A stretch of DNA of 64,000 nt from Coriobacteriaceae bacterium (GTDB taxonomy: Bacteria; Actinomycetota; Coriobacteriia; Coriobacteriales; QAMH01). The DNA lies in contig JAJQAN010000026.1 of assembly GCA_021203765.1 (NCBI GenBank), forward strand, positions 2,010 through 66,009, written 5' to 3'. Below, in pieces: positions 1 through 9,158 of this stretch. The position numbers and the translations under genes were made by a program. Numbering within the stretch: the first letter of the stretch is position 1; each line of letters opens with the position of its first letter. A model generated the notes under the pieces. The model did not search any database and had not been told where the DNA came from. It saw only the letters and a program-made list of their open reading frames with translations.

Positions 1-1119
1 ATGTGCCTGCACCACCTCCGGGCAGGCGAAGTAGTAGCGGCAGCGGTCGTAGAAACTGAAGGCCCGAGCGATACGCTGCTCGTTGGGGGTGCCGGTGTAG
101 TAGTCCTTCCACGCAGACGGATCGTCGAGCATGGCCTGCTCGAGTGTCGCACGATAGTTCGACCAGCGCTCGGGCATCTCGGCGAAGACCTCCTGTTCGA
201 TCTGCTCGAGTGCGAACAGCGCCTCGCGCAAAGCGAAGGTCAAAGCCGGCCCGACCTTGAGTATGGCGACGCCGTCCTCACACATGGCGGCAAGGTTGCG
301 GGTCGTCTGGTAGTCGGTCGAATGCCCTTCGATACAGAGCTGCTCCTTGCGCATCGCGTCCGCCAGATCGGCCGCACGCGGACGGTTGTATTCGTCGAGG
401 GTGAACTCGTGGAACTCGACACCCAGCTCGACGACCAGGGCGATGACACGGTCGAAGACATCGGAGAGTCCTTCGTCCGCGAACGCCTGCTTATAGATCG
501 CGATGGTGTTGATCGCATCGTCAGCAGACGTCACCCCCATCTCCTGTGCATTGAAATCCCCGCCCGGCACCGGTACCTCGCTGCCGATGACATAGACCGG
601 CTCGGGGGCATCGGGATGGGAGTCCCAGTAGCTCACAAAAGCCTCCTCCGCCACACGACAGAGGCGTGCGCCGCGGCGTGCACAGGTCTCGGTCAAGAAG
701 GGCTCGTCCGGATCGTCGGAGGCAAGGCGCATGCTCGTGTCCAGATGGATCTTCGAGTAGCCGGCGGACACACATGCAGCGACGAGCTCCTCGGCATGGT
801 CCATGGCCTCATCCTCGTCACAGTCCGTCCATGGAAGCGGGCCCAGATGGTCGCCTCCCAGTATGACGTGCGAGAGCGGAACCGAGATCTCGTCTGCCAG
901 GCCTTTGACGAAGGCTGCGAAGTCGGCAGGCGTCATACCGGTGTAGCCGCCGTCCTGGTTGACCTGGTTGGAAGTCGATTCGATGAGCGTCGGGGTGTTC
1001 GTCTTGGAGGCCTTGAGCAGGGCGGCACGGATGACGTCTTCATGTGCCGAGCAGCATGAGAAGATACCGACACGTCTGCCGGACTTGTTCTTTTGGACGA
1101 TCTCCTGCAGCGTGTTCAT
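1..1119 (-). CDS. GatZ/KbaZ-family protein (tagatose-bisphosphate aldolase accessory subunit / ketohexose-phosphate epimerase family); C-terminus lies beyond window start
   Basis: Absent from the ORF track because no stop codon falls inside the window. My translation of the minus strand from ATG (1119-1117) gives MNTLQEIVQKNKSGRRVGIFSCCSAHEDVIRAAL...LIESTSNQVNQDGGYTGMTPADF...ILGGDHLGP...GYSKIHLDTSM...YVIGSEVPVPGG...EGHSTDYQT...ILKVGPALTFALREALFALEQIE. These match the conserved blocks I recall from E. coli GatZ/KbaZ. The frame stays open to nt 1. Confidence 0.85.
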   Translation of the reverse strand, partial: MNTLQEIVQKNKSGRRVGIFSCCSAHEDVIRAALLKASKTNTPTLIESTSNQVNQDGGYTGMTPADFAAFVKGLADEISVPLSHVILGGDHLGPLPWTDCDEDEAMDHAEELVAACVSAGYSKIHLDTSMRLASDDPDEPFLTETCARRGARLCRVAEEAFVSYWDSHPDAPEPVYVIGSEVPVPGGDFNAQEMGVTSADDAINTIAIYKQAFADEGLSDVFDRVIALVVELGVEFHEFTLDEYNRPRAADLADAMRKEQLCIEGHSTDYQTTRNLAAMCEDGVAILKVGPALTFALREALFALEQIEQEVFAEMPERWSNYRATLEQAMLDDPSAWKDYYTGTPNEQRIARAFSFYDRCRYYFACPEVVQAH

Positions 1120-1138
1120 GACAGCCGGCCCCTTCTTT

Positions 1139-2200
1139 TCAGTCCTCGTCTGCTTCCAGCGAGTCGATCAGCAGTTTGCCCTGCACCTTCGGGCCGTTTT
1201 CGTAGCGGTCGAAAGCCTGCGCGGTCTGGGAAAGCGGATAGACGGTATCGATCATCTCGGGAACGATCTGCAAGGTCCCCTCGTCGAAGAACTCGTTGAC
1301 CCGGGTCCATTCGATGCCGGGCCACGGCGCGGAATAGGACATCCACGAGCCGCGGACGGTGAGTTCCTTGCGGTTGATGGCCTCCCACTGCGCGGAGGTG
1401 AAGGTGACGTCCGCGCTCGGGGTTCCGACGAACATGACGGAAGCCTTGTTCGCGGCCACCTCGAAGGAGTTCAGGATGGTGTGCGGGGTCCCGGCCGTGT
1501 CGAAGACGAAGTCGAAGGGCTTTCCGTCGTTTGCGGCATAGGCACGCTCGGCCCAGCCTTCCCCGTCGACCTCGACCAGGCAGTCGAGCCCCGCCTTTGC
1601 AGCGGTCTCCAGGCGTTTGGCATTGCGGTTGGCGACGACGACGGTTCCGGCGCCGTAACCTGCGAGCGCTTGGGCGAGCAGGATGCCGACGGTTCCGGCA
1701 CCGATGACGATGGCATGACCGCCTTCGCGAAAGCCGCTCAACTCGATGCCGTGGACAGCGACGGTCGACGGCTCAAAGAAGGCGCCCTCGATGTCGCTCA
1801 CCCCATCGCCTAAAAACATGATGTTTTGTACCGGCAGACAGACATATTCGGCCATGCTGCCCGCGCTGCGAGAGCCGACGAAACCGTAGGAGGAGCAGAG
1901 CGAGTAGTTGCCGGCGCGGCAGTCCGGGCAGTCGAAGCACGGTTCGAGCGGGATACCGCTGACGCGCCGCCCGACGTAGCTCGGATCGACGCCTTCGCCT
2001 ACTTCGACGATCGTGCCGGAGAATTCATGCCCTAAGATGATCGGGAAGAAATGTATGCGTCCCTGCAGCACGCGCGGCACGTCCGAACCGCAAATGCCGG
2101 TGTAGTGCACCTGGACCAGGACCTCCCCTGCCTGCGGCTGCGGCCGTTCCACATCGGAAATCTCGATCGTATCGGTTGCTGTGAGGACGGCGGCTTTCAA
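1139..2200 (-). CDS. Zn-dependent medium-chain polyol(-phosphate) dehydrogenase, TarJ-like role suspected
   Basis: 353-aa ORF. GHEFSG catalytic-Zn motif, CFDCPDCRAGNYSLC structural-Zn cysteine cluster, VIGAGTVG Rossmann motif. Lies 8 nt after the cytidylyltransferase gene and 19 nt before the GatZ-like gene on the same strand. Confidence 0.85.
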   Translation of the reverse strand: MKAAVLTATDTIEISDVERPQPQAGEVLVQVHYTGICGSDVPRVLQGRIHFFPIILGHEFSGTIVEVGEGVDPSYVGRRVSGIPLEPCFDCPDCRAGNYSLCSSYGFVGSRSAGSMAEYVCLPVQNIMFLGDGVSDIEGAFFEPSTVAVHGIELSGFREGGHAIVIGAGTVGILLAQALAGYGAGTVVVANRNAKRLETAAKAGLDCLVEVDGEGWAERAYAANDGKPFDFVFDTAGTPHTILNSFEVAANKASVMFVGTPSADVTFTSAQWEAINRKELTVRGSWMSYSAPWPGIEWTRVNEFFDEGTLQIVPEMIDTVYPLSQTAQAFDRYENGPKVQGKLLIDSLEADED

Positions 2201-2208
2201 GCAGGCTC

Positions 2209-2925
2209 CTAGAAGTAGTAATCGTGGAAGAGCTGCTCGAACGCTTCCATGTCGTGTCGGTAGGTGATCTTTAAGTTGAGCAGGTCGGTGGGGATGACCT
2301 CCATGGGGATGTCGTAGGCAAGCGCCAACGCCCCGGCGGAGGTGTAGTTCTCGAGCTCCTCGATGCTGAGCGAATCGTAAATGCTCCAGATGCGGCCGAA
2401 CTCGAAGGCCTCGGGGCTCGCCCCGGTCACGACGCTTTGACGCGGTATAACTTCCTCGAGCATCTTCGTATCGTCATCGACCTTATAGACCGTGTCGTAC
2501 TGGCACTCCCCCATCGTCGCCCCACCCCAGCGGTGGGCGGCATCGGAGAGCTCCTCCAGATGCGGCTCGTCAACATAGGGGTGCGTGACATCGTGGATGA
2601 AGACGATGTCGTCTTCCTGAGCAGTATCGGCGACAGCCTGCAGACCGCATCTGACCGATTCCGAGCGGCTTTGGCCGCCGGCGACGACCGTGTAGTCGAA
2701 GTCGTAGCCGAGCTTGGCGATCTGATCTTCGGTGAAGTCGAGCCACGATTCGTGGCAGACGACGACCATCTGGTCGGCGAACTGGTTTTTGGCGTATTTC
2801 TCGACGAGATAGATGAAGGTGGGCTTTCCCTCGACCTCGACGAACTGCTTGGGGATGTCCGCGCCGAAGCGCGTGCCCGAGCCGCCCATCATCAGCAGGA
2901 GAATCCGTTTGTAGTCGCGTGCCAT
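2209..2925 (-). CDS. IspD/TarI-family nucleotidyl (cytidylyl) transferase
   Basis: 238-aa ORF. N-terminal LLLMMGGSGTRFGADIPKQF glycine-rich NTP-binding loop typical of IspD/TarI. Paired with a downstream dehydrogenase, as in CDP-alditol synthases. Confidence 0.8.
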   Translation of the reverse strand: MARDYKRILLLMMGGSGTRFGADIPKQFVEVEGKPTFIYLVEKYAKNQFADQMVVVCHESWLDFTEDQIAKLGYDFDYTVVAGGQSRSESVRCGLQAVADTAQEDDIVFIHDVTHPYVDEPHLEELSDAAHRWGGATMGECQYDTVYKVDDDTKMLEEVIPRQSVVTGASPEAFEFGRIWSIYDSLSIEELENYTSAGALALAYDIPMEVIPTDLLNLKITYRHDMEAFEQLFHDYYF

Positions 2926-3027
2926 GAAATGCCCTTCTTCACACAGTGCAGACCAGTATACTACGTGCGTTTATGGCACCTTGCGTCCTCTACATTCTTT
3001 CTAGGGAATAAGGGACGGACGGCGTAC

Positions 3028-5637
3028 TCAACCGGTGCCCTCGGTCCGCGGGCGGTCGAGCTCCTTAATCGCCTCATAGACTCGCTCGCAGCACCTGCCG
3101 TCGCGGAAGACGAAGGTCTCGTCCATGCGGCGGGCGTATTCTTCGGCCGGCGTAAAACCACGCTCGGCGATCTGCTCCAGTTCGTCGAGGAGCGCATCCT
3201 GCGTCTCGGCGACCGGGCCGAAGCCGTCCCGCTCGTAGTCGAAATAACCTGTGGAGTAGCTGTGGCCGCCGGAGAAGAACTCGTCTTTGTCGAACTGGTA
3301 GTACAGGCAGGGCGTGCCGAGATAGGCGACGTCGAAGGCGGTGGACGAGTAGTCCGTGATGCAGACCGACGCGCGGGAGAAGAAATCCTGGATGGAAGAG
3401 TCCCCGTCGGCGGAGGCGAGCTCCACGTAGTCCGGCACCGAGAACATCCCGTCTTTCACATACGGCAAGACGTTGGTATGCGGGAAGAAGACGACCTTGC
3501 AGCCGGCGCGTTCTGCGATCGTGTGCAGCCGGTCGTTGGCCAAAAAAGATTCCCAGCACCGCCTGTACTCGGAGTCGGCGAACGCGGGGCAGAATTCATG
3601 TTCGGCGCTGCTGTCCAAGGTATCCCCTGCCAGATACCCGCGCCAGGTGGGGCTGACGAGTATCTCGGGGGCATGTCCTTGTGCGTCGAGCGCCTTTTGC
3701 AACAGCGCATCGTGACGCGGAAAACCCGTCAAGGGCACCTGGCACGGCGTGAACACGTAGGGCGAGCCGTCTTCGACGATCGAGCGATGCTCCTGCGGCG
3801 TGACGGTCACCAGCAAGGTGATGGGCTTGTCGTTGAGCCAGTTCGACAGGTTGTCCTTGGTGACGCCGTGCTGCAAAAAGACGAAGTCCTTGGACTTGTA
3901 GAAATTGTCGCCGAAATATGAGTGGATGTAGACATCGGCATGCGAGCTGATGATCTTGGAGCAGGACCTGAGGACCCGTTCGTGTTCGGCGGACCCGTAG
4001 GCGAGCAGCTTGAAGCCCTCGTCACGCAAGCGCTTCCAGTCCGGCGAATCCTTGCGCAAGACGAAGAAGCAGTCCTGCTCGGGATGCTCGTGCATCAGGT
4101 AGCGGTAGAAATGCTCGCCGTTGTCGTCTGCCTGGGTGTCGCGGTCCATGACGATCCAGACATCGCCTTTTTGCTCGTAGGGTTCCCAGTTGCGCGTGTA
4201 GCGTTTGACGAGCTGCCCTATTCCGGCGCCGCCCGTAAACCGCTTGCCCTTGCCGGAGACGAGAATGCTCCCCTCCCGGGCCTTGTCGGTGGCAAACGAG
4301 AGTATCTGCCGGCGGTTCCCATACGGTACCCAGTGCTCATAGAGCCGCGAGGCAGTCGTTCCGAAAAACCAGCGCTGCACCATCTTGGATTCTGTGGGCT
4401 CGAGCCGCTCGCCGTCCAGATAGAAACGGACGTCTTCTGAGAACGCCTCGATGAGGATGCGCTTTTTGGCAAAGTCGATCCTCCTCAGATGCACGCGTTC
4501 CTCCGGAAGTTCGGCCGCCTCGAAAAAGAAGGACAGGCAGCGCTTCTGCGGATAGCTCAGATGACGGGCGGGGGAGTTCCAGAACACGGACGGCTCTATG
4601 AGGGAACACACCTGTCGCAGCAGGGAGAGGAACTCCGCCCTGCCGTCCTCGTCGAGCACGGAGTCCACGCGCTCGGGGTGGTTCAGCGTCCGTTTGACCG
4701 TCCACGCCACATCGTTTAAAACCGCGTTCTGCGTGTAAGCCGGGACGTACCCCCGTCGTTGCTGAACAAACGTCAAAAGGGCCAACCACCCCCGGCGGGG
4801 AAGGGTCAGGAACCGGTCGGGATCCTGCCACGAGGCGTCAAGCGTCGAGTCCGCACCCGTACGCCTGCGGTAGAAATATCTCGGAGCCTGCAGAAACCCG
4901 ACGATGCCTGTCTGGAGGGTGGCCAGATACTCGCCGACAAAACAGGCGTCTTCGAACGCGGGTTTCAGGTCCTCATCCAGGCTCAGCCCGCCTTCTCTGA
5001 TACGCGACAGACGGAAAAACGCCGTGGCCATCGACAGCTGCATGTACATCTGCTCGTCGCGAATCGCAAAGTAGCTGTCGCCGTTTTCGAAGCGGTAGTT
5101 GAGCGGATGGCTGTCCTCGTATGCCGCCTCCTCTTCGAGATAGAAGAGCATGTTGCAGCTCACCATTTGCAATGCCGGACGCAACCCGACCGCCCGGTCG
5201 ACCTCTTCGAAATAGTCTTCCGAGACGAAATCGTCGGGATCGATGAAGGTGACCCACTCGGTCTGGGCATGCTGGAGGCCGAGGTTGCGGGCAGAGGCCT
5301 GCCCGCCGTTTTCCTTGTGCAGATACGTGATGGCATCCGGCCATCTTTCCTGCCAGGCCTTGATGATGTCGGCGGAGCCGTCGGTCGACCCGTCGTCGAC
5401 CGTGATGATGCGGAGACGCTCCTTGGAAATCGTCTGTGCATACAGGCTGTCGAAATAGTCGTCGAGGTAGCTTTCCGCGTTGTAGACGGCGGAAACGACC
5501 GTATAGGTCTCCTGTCCGTCATACGTGTCCGGCTTGCCCGTAACCCTGTGCCGGCTCGTTTCGGCTGTCTTTGGGTCCGAATCCTGGCTCTGCGGCAGAG
5601 GCTGTTTGGCATTTTGTCGGGATGCTGGTAAAGACAC
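3028..5637 (-). CDS. Bifunctional GT2 glycosyltransferase / TagF-type CDP-alditol (glycerol/ribitol) phosphotransferase, copy 1
   Basis: 869-aa ORF. The N-terminus has GT-A signatures (YTVVSAVYNAESYLDDYF, ITVDDGSTDGS, FIDPDD). The C-terminus has TagF-family signatures (FLQHGV, VSPTWRG, FFPHTNV, ITDYSSTAFDVAYLG). GTG start at 5637 is preceded by GGAGG with a 6-nt spacer. Confidence 0.85.
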   Translation of the reverse strand: MSLPASRQNAKQPLPQSQDSDPKTAETSRHRVTGKPDTYDGQETYTVVSAVYNAESYLDDYFDSLYAQTISKERLRIITVDDGSTDGSADIIKAWQERWPDAITYLHKENGGQASARNLGLQHAQTEWVTFIDPDDFVSEDYFEEVDRAVGLRPALQMVSCNMLFYLEEEAAYEDSHPLNYRFENGDSYFAIRDEQMYMQLSMATAFFRLSRIREGGLSLDEDLKPAFEDACFVGEYLATLQTGIVGFLQAPRYFYRRRTGADSTLDASWQDPDRFLTLPRRGWLALLTFVQQRRGYVPAYTQNAVLNDVAWTVKRTLNHPERVDSVLDEDGRAEFLSLLRQVCSLIEPSVFWNSPARHLSYPQKRCLSFFFEAAELPEERVHLRRIDFAKKRILIEAFSEDVRFYLDGERLEPTESKMVQRWFFGTTASRLYEHWVPYGNRRQILSFATDKAREGSILVSGKGKRFTGGAGIGQLVKRYTRNWEPYEQKGDVWIVMDRDTQADDNGEHFYRYLMHEHPEQDCFFVLRKDSPDWKRLRDEGFKLLAYGSAEHERVLRSCSKIISSHADVYIHSYFGDNFYKSKDFVFLQHGVTKDNLSNWLNDKPITLLVTVTPQEHRSIVEDGSPYVFTPCQVPLTGFPRHDALLQKALDAQGHAPEILVSPTWRGYLAGDTLDSSAEHEFCPAFADSEYRRCWESFLANDRLHTIAERAGCKVVFFPHTNVLPYVKDGMFSVPDYVELASADGDSSIQDFFSRASVCITDYSSTAFDVAYLGTPCLYYQFDKDEFFSGGHSYSTGYFDYERDGFGPVAETQDALLDELEQIAERGFTPAEEYARRMDETFVFRDGRCCERVYEAIKELDRPRTEGTG

Positions 5638-5688
5638 GCATGACCTCCGCTACACGCCTGCGACAACGTGGTCGAGCACACAGGCCAT

Positions 5689-5697
5689 ATTGTACAG
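5689..5697 (-). promoter_or_regulatory. Putative promoter -10 element CTGTACAAT (minus strand) for GT2-TagF copy 1
   Basis: Forward sequence is ATTGTACAG. It lies about 50 nt upstream of GTG 5637, in the 207-bp divergent intergenic region. Same 9-mer family as 11809, 31839 and 43486. Confidence 0.45.
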
Positions 5698-5844
5698 TCC
5701 TTGCCTTTCTGCACATGAATTTACAGAGCAACTACACCTGTCATGCGGCGCTGCCGGGTCCATCGTCCTCCCCGCTTCAAAATCCATTCTCTCTATAGGA
5801 TAATGGGGCGACATGGTGGCGCACAGGAAAGGTCCTACCCGTAC

Positions 5845-7845
5845 ATGACGGCTCCCTCCTCTTCAAACATCGATCTGACGCTCGTTGTCCCGATATACAA
5901 CGCCCTCCCCTATTTCCGCCGCTGTATCGACTCCATCGTCGGACAGGATTGCGGCCGCTACAGCATGGAACTGCTCTTGGTCGACGACGGTTCGACCGAC
6001 GGCTCCGGAGCCTACTGCGACGAGGTCGCCGCAGAACACGACTCCGTACGTGTTATCCACGAGGAGAACTCCGGCACCCCGGCACACCCCCGCAACGTCG
6101 GCATCGACAACGCGCAGGGGGAATATCTCTTCTTCTGCGACGCCGACGACTATTTCGAAGACGGCGCCATCGTCGCCATGCTCGACCACGCATCCGCAGA
6201 CGGCTGCGACGTCGGGATATTCAAGATGGAGGGGCATGGCAGGAAGACGCCGGGCGTCGACCTCTTCCTCTCAAGCCAAAAGCACTGCACGATCGACAAT
6301 TCCGCGATACTGAACAGCCTCGGCCCGTGTAAGCTGTACCGGACCTCGCTGATACAGACGCATGCCTTGAAGTTTCCCGAAGGCATCGCCTTCGAGGACC
6401 TGCCTTTTACGCTGGAGTGCTACTTTTTGGCCGACGACATCTGCCTGTACAGCGATCGGACCTACTACCACACCGTCTGGCGCGACGACGGCGCCTCCCT
6501 TTCGCAAGGGGGCAGCACCGCAGCCGTCTGGGGCACCCTGCAGGCACGGATCACCGGGCTCACCACCTACATCGACACCTGCCAGCGCTACCGTCAACTC
6601 GACAAATGTCCCGAGCTCTATACGCGTATCGTCGACCTTGCCACCGATGATATGTATCTGTGGGCACAGACGGAGCCCGAGCACCTGCCCGACATCATGC
6701 AAAGCGTGCGTGAGGTCATCCAGCCCCTCGATCGTGTAGAGCTGCGCTCCGTACTCTTTTTAAAGAAGCTCATCAACTTCGATGCGCTGCTCGAAAGCAC
6801 GGAGAGCTTCGTCGAGATCGAACGGACGTGGCCGGACGGCCCGCAGGTCGCCTTTGCCGAAGACGGCGGCCGCCTCTGCTATTCCGTCTACTCCGATGAA
6901 GACGATCGTCTGCTGCTGAAACGACAACTACCGCTCGTGGAAGGACAGCAAGACCAGCCCCTCACCGATCCACATATATTCAGAAACCAGATAACCGACG
7001 TCACGGCAGACGATGAGCGACTCACCTTCACGGGCCACGTCCACCTTCTGCACCGCTTCGATCAGGGCACGATAACGGCCAGGCTGCGCACCTCTTTTGA
7101 CAACACGGAGGCGGATCGCCTGTTCGACGATGTGGAGACCACAGTACCCTCGGTCCGCCATGCCTATGCCTCGGTCTATGAGATCGACTTCGACTGGAGC
7201 TGTCGTTGCCGTTTCGCCGACTGGGCTCCGCAGCAGGATGCGGGCAGAACCCGGGTTGATTTCCTCTTCGATGTCGAATTTGACGACGGGGACGTGTTGT
7301 CCAACCGTTTCGGGCATGACCGCCTCCCGGAGGTCTTCGAGGCGTTCATGTCACGGCAGACCTGGGCGGGCGGCTACCTGTTCATCCCGCAGCAAAGTGA
7401 ATTCCAAAACTTCAGCTTTGCCGCCTTTTCCCAGAACTACCCCTTCATCAAGGGTGCCCGCATCGGCTTTGGAGATAAAAACGACGGCACGCCGGCCTTG
7501 AAGGTGCGGGCCAGCACCCGGATCAACAAACTCGTCGCCGCCGAGCTCTCCTTGGTCTTTTTGGACCACCGTGGCAGGGAGGCCTTGCGTCTGGACCTGC
7601 GTGAGCGGGTGCAGGACGGCAGGCCCCTCTATCGCCGGGTCTTTCCGATCGCGCGCCTGGAGAAAACCCTGAAAAACGGCACCTACCGCATCGAGCTGCA
7701 GGCCGAGATCGCAAACGGGACGGTGCACAGCAGCGACATCCGGGAAATGGACAACGCGCAGCAGACCTGCTCCTCACAAAAATGCCTCCATTCCCTGTCT
7801 GTGTCTGAAGACGGCGCGGTAACATATGCGATACGAAAGGGCTGA
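5845..7845 (+). CDS. GT2 glycosyltransferase with a large uncharacterised C-terminal region (TarS/TarP-like architecture)
   Basis: The N-terminal roughly 220 aa are GT-A (LTLVVPIYNALPYFRRCIDSI, LLLVDDGSTDGS, FFCDADD). The remaining roughly 450 aa carry no motif I recognise. Start set to ATG 5845 (MTAPSSS), with AGGAAAGG 13 nt upstream; the track ORF begins at 5743. Confidence 0.75.
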   Translation: MTAPSSSNIDLTLVVPIYNALPYFRRCIDSIVGQDCGRYSMELLLVDDGSTDGSGAYCDEVAAEHDSVRVIHEENSGTPAHPRNVGIDNAQGEYLFFCDADDYFEDGAIVAMLDHASADGCDVGIFKMEGHGRKTPGVDLFLSSQKHCTIDNSAILNSLGPCKLYRTSLIQTHALKFPEGIAFEDLPFTLECYFLADDICLYSDRTYYHTVWRDDGASLSQGGSTAAVWGTLQARITGLTTYIDTCQRYRQLDKCPELYTRIVDLATDDMYLWAQTEPEHLPDIMQSVREVIQPLDRVELRSVLFLKKLINFDALLESTESFVEIERTWPDGPQVAFAEDGGRLCYSVYSDEDDRLLLKRQLPLVEGQQDQPLTDPHIFRNQITDVTADDERLTFTGHVHLLHRFDQGTITARLRTSFDNTEADRLFDDVETTVPSVRHAYASVYEIDFDWSCRCRFADWAPQQDAGRTRVDFLFDVEFDDGDVLSNRFGHDRLPEVFEAFMSRQTWAGGYLFIPQQSEFQNFSFAAFSQNYPFIKGARIGFGDKNDGTPALKVRASTRINKLVAAELSLVFLDHRGREALRLDLRERVQDGRPLYRRVFPIARLEKTLKNGTYRIELQAEIANGTVHSSDIREMDNAQQTCSSQKCLHSLSVSEDGAVTYAIRKG

Positions 7846-7883
7846 CAGCAGATTCTGGAACAGCTGCCTTTGAGGAGTCCACG

Positions 7884-9149
7884 ATGTATGTCCGGGTCAT
7901 GAGCAAGGTGTTTCTCGTCGTCTTCCTGGTCGTGATGGGTGCGACTTTGGGAACGAAATGCCTGGACGGCCTCGGAGTGGAGTTTCCCGACTGGCTTTCC
8001 ATAGGCAACGAGAAGTCATACCTTGAGGGAAGGGACTACGAAACCCTGCCCGAGCCGACGCTCGAGGCGGTCCAGTCACAGGAATTCCAGGACAATTTCG
8101 AGCAGTTCATGGCCGATGCGACGCCCATGAAGGATTCCGCGCTGTTGGCAAACGCCCAGGTGCAACGGAGCAGCATCACCTTGTCCGCCGCCGTCTTCGG
8201 CTATACGACCTATCCGACCTTCTTTGAATCGGAATACGTCTATGACGCCGCGCACGACGCCGTCATGCCCACGCTGACGAGCGCCGATGAGGAAAAAGCC
8301 GCCCAGTACGAAACCGCTGCAGAGGCCTACCAGGCCTTCGCAAAGCGGCATACCGACATCGGGATGGCGATATATGAAAACGACCGGCTCGGTATGTCGA
8401 CGAACAATCCGACCGACATGTTGGTAAGCGATCCGGTCGACACGTCGTTTGTCGAGGAGCACTTTTATGACGGGCTCGGCGAAGGGATAGCGGTCATAGA
8501 CGGCACCTACGACGACCTCGAGGATGCCCTGGAGAACTATTTCAAGACCGACCACCACTGGCGTATCTCGGGGGCATACGCGGCATACGTCTCGATCCTG
8601 TCCGAATTGGAACCTGACGCGGTACCGATCACCGATTACGAGACGGTAGACTTTTCTGCGGATCCCTTCTACGGCAGCTCGGCACGGGCCGGCCTGTACC
8701 TGACCGCAGATCCCGACCATATCGAAGACTATTGGATCGACCTGAGTGGGATCGAGGTCAGCATGGACGGAGAAGAGAGGCCGACAAGTTCGCTCGACCA
8801 TCGCACGGAATACGAGCGCGGCGAAGAAAACCAGGAGCTGTTCACCAACCACTACGCCGGGTACTTCCACACGGACTACGGCCTCATCAAGCTGCACAAC
8901 CCCAAGGCCACAAGCGACAAATCCCTGCTGATCGTCAGCGATTCCTACTCGAACAACATGGAACGTTTCTTCACCAGCGAATACGAATACGTCTACGTGA
9001 TCGATCCGCGCTACCATTCCCGGACCTTGGACGAATTTCTCGAAAAGCACGAGGTCGACGACATCGCGTTCATCAACAGCTCGCTCAACATCGCCTCCGA
9101 GGAGACGGTCGCAGTGCTCAGTGAATGGACGGTCGACGGGCAGTCCTGA
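7884..9149 (+). CDS. DHHW-family protein (extracytoplasmic partner of MBOAT O-acyltransferases; AlgJ/DltD-like role)
   Basis: 421-aa ORF. N-terminal membrane anchor/signal (VFLVVFLVVMGATLG). Literal family motif KTDHHWRISGAY. GAGGAG lies 6 nt before the ATG. Confidence 0.75.
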   Translation: MYVRVMSKVFLVVFLVVMGATLGTKCLDGLGVEFPDWLSIGNEKSYLEGRDYETLPEPTLEAVQSQEFQDNFEQFMADATPMKDSALLANAQVQRSSITLSAAVFGYTTYPTFFESEYVYDAAHDAVMPTLTSADEEKAAQYETAAEAYQAFAKRHTDIGMAIYENDRLGMSTNNPTDMLVSDPVDTSFVEEHFYDGLGEGIAVIDGTYDDLEDALENYFKTDHHWRISGAYAAYVSILSELEPDAVPITDYETVDFSADPFYGSSARAGLYLTADPDHIEDYWIDLSGIEVSMDGEERPTSSLDHRTEYERGEENQELFTNHYAGYFHTDYGLIKLHNPKATSDKSLLIVSDSYSNNMERFFTSEYEYVYVIDPRYHSRTLDEFLEKHEVDDIAFINSSLNIASEETVAVLSEWTVDGQS

Positions 9150-9158
9150 CCGCGGACC

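Noticed and set aside
1-1059. 352-aa plus-strand ORF at the window start
   Set aside because: It is antisense to the GatZ/KbaZ-like gene, which I could translate with clear family motifs on the minus strand. The plus-strand product has no recognisable motif.
2437-3921. 494-aa plus-strand ORF, and similar long plus-strand ORFs (e.g. 4759-5631, 10200-11330, 19253-20311, 24188-25756, 27717-28889, 29604-30728, 31992-33314, 34215-35588, 57639-58976, 61248-62528)
   Set aside because: All are antisense to minus-strand genes with strong motif support. They are GC-skewed frames without RBS context.
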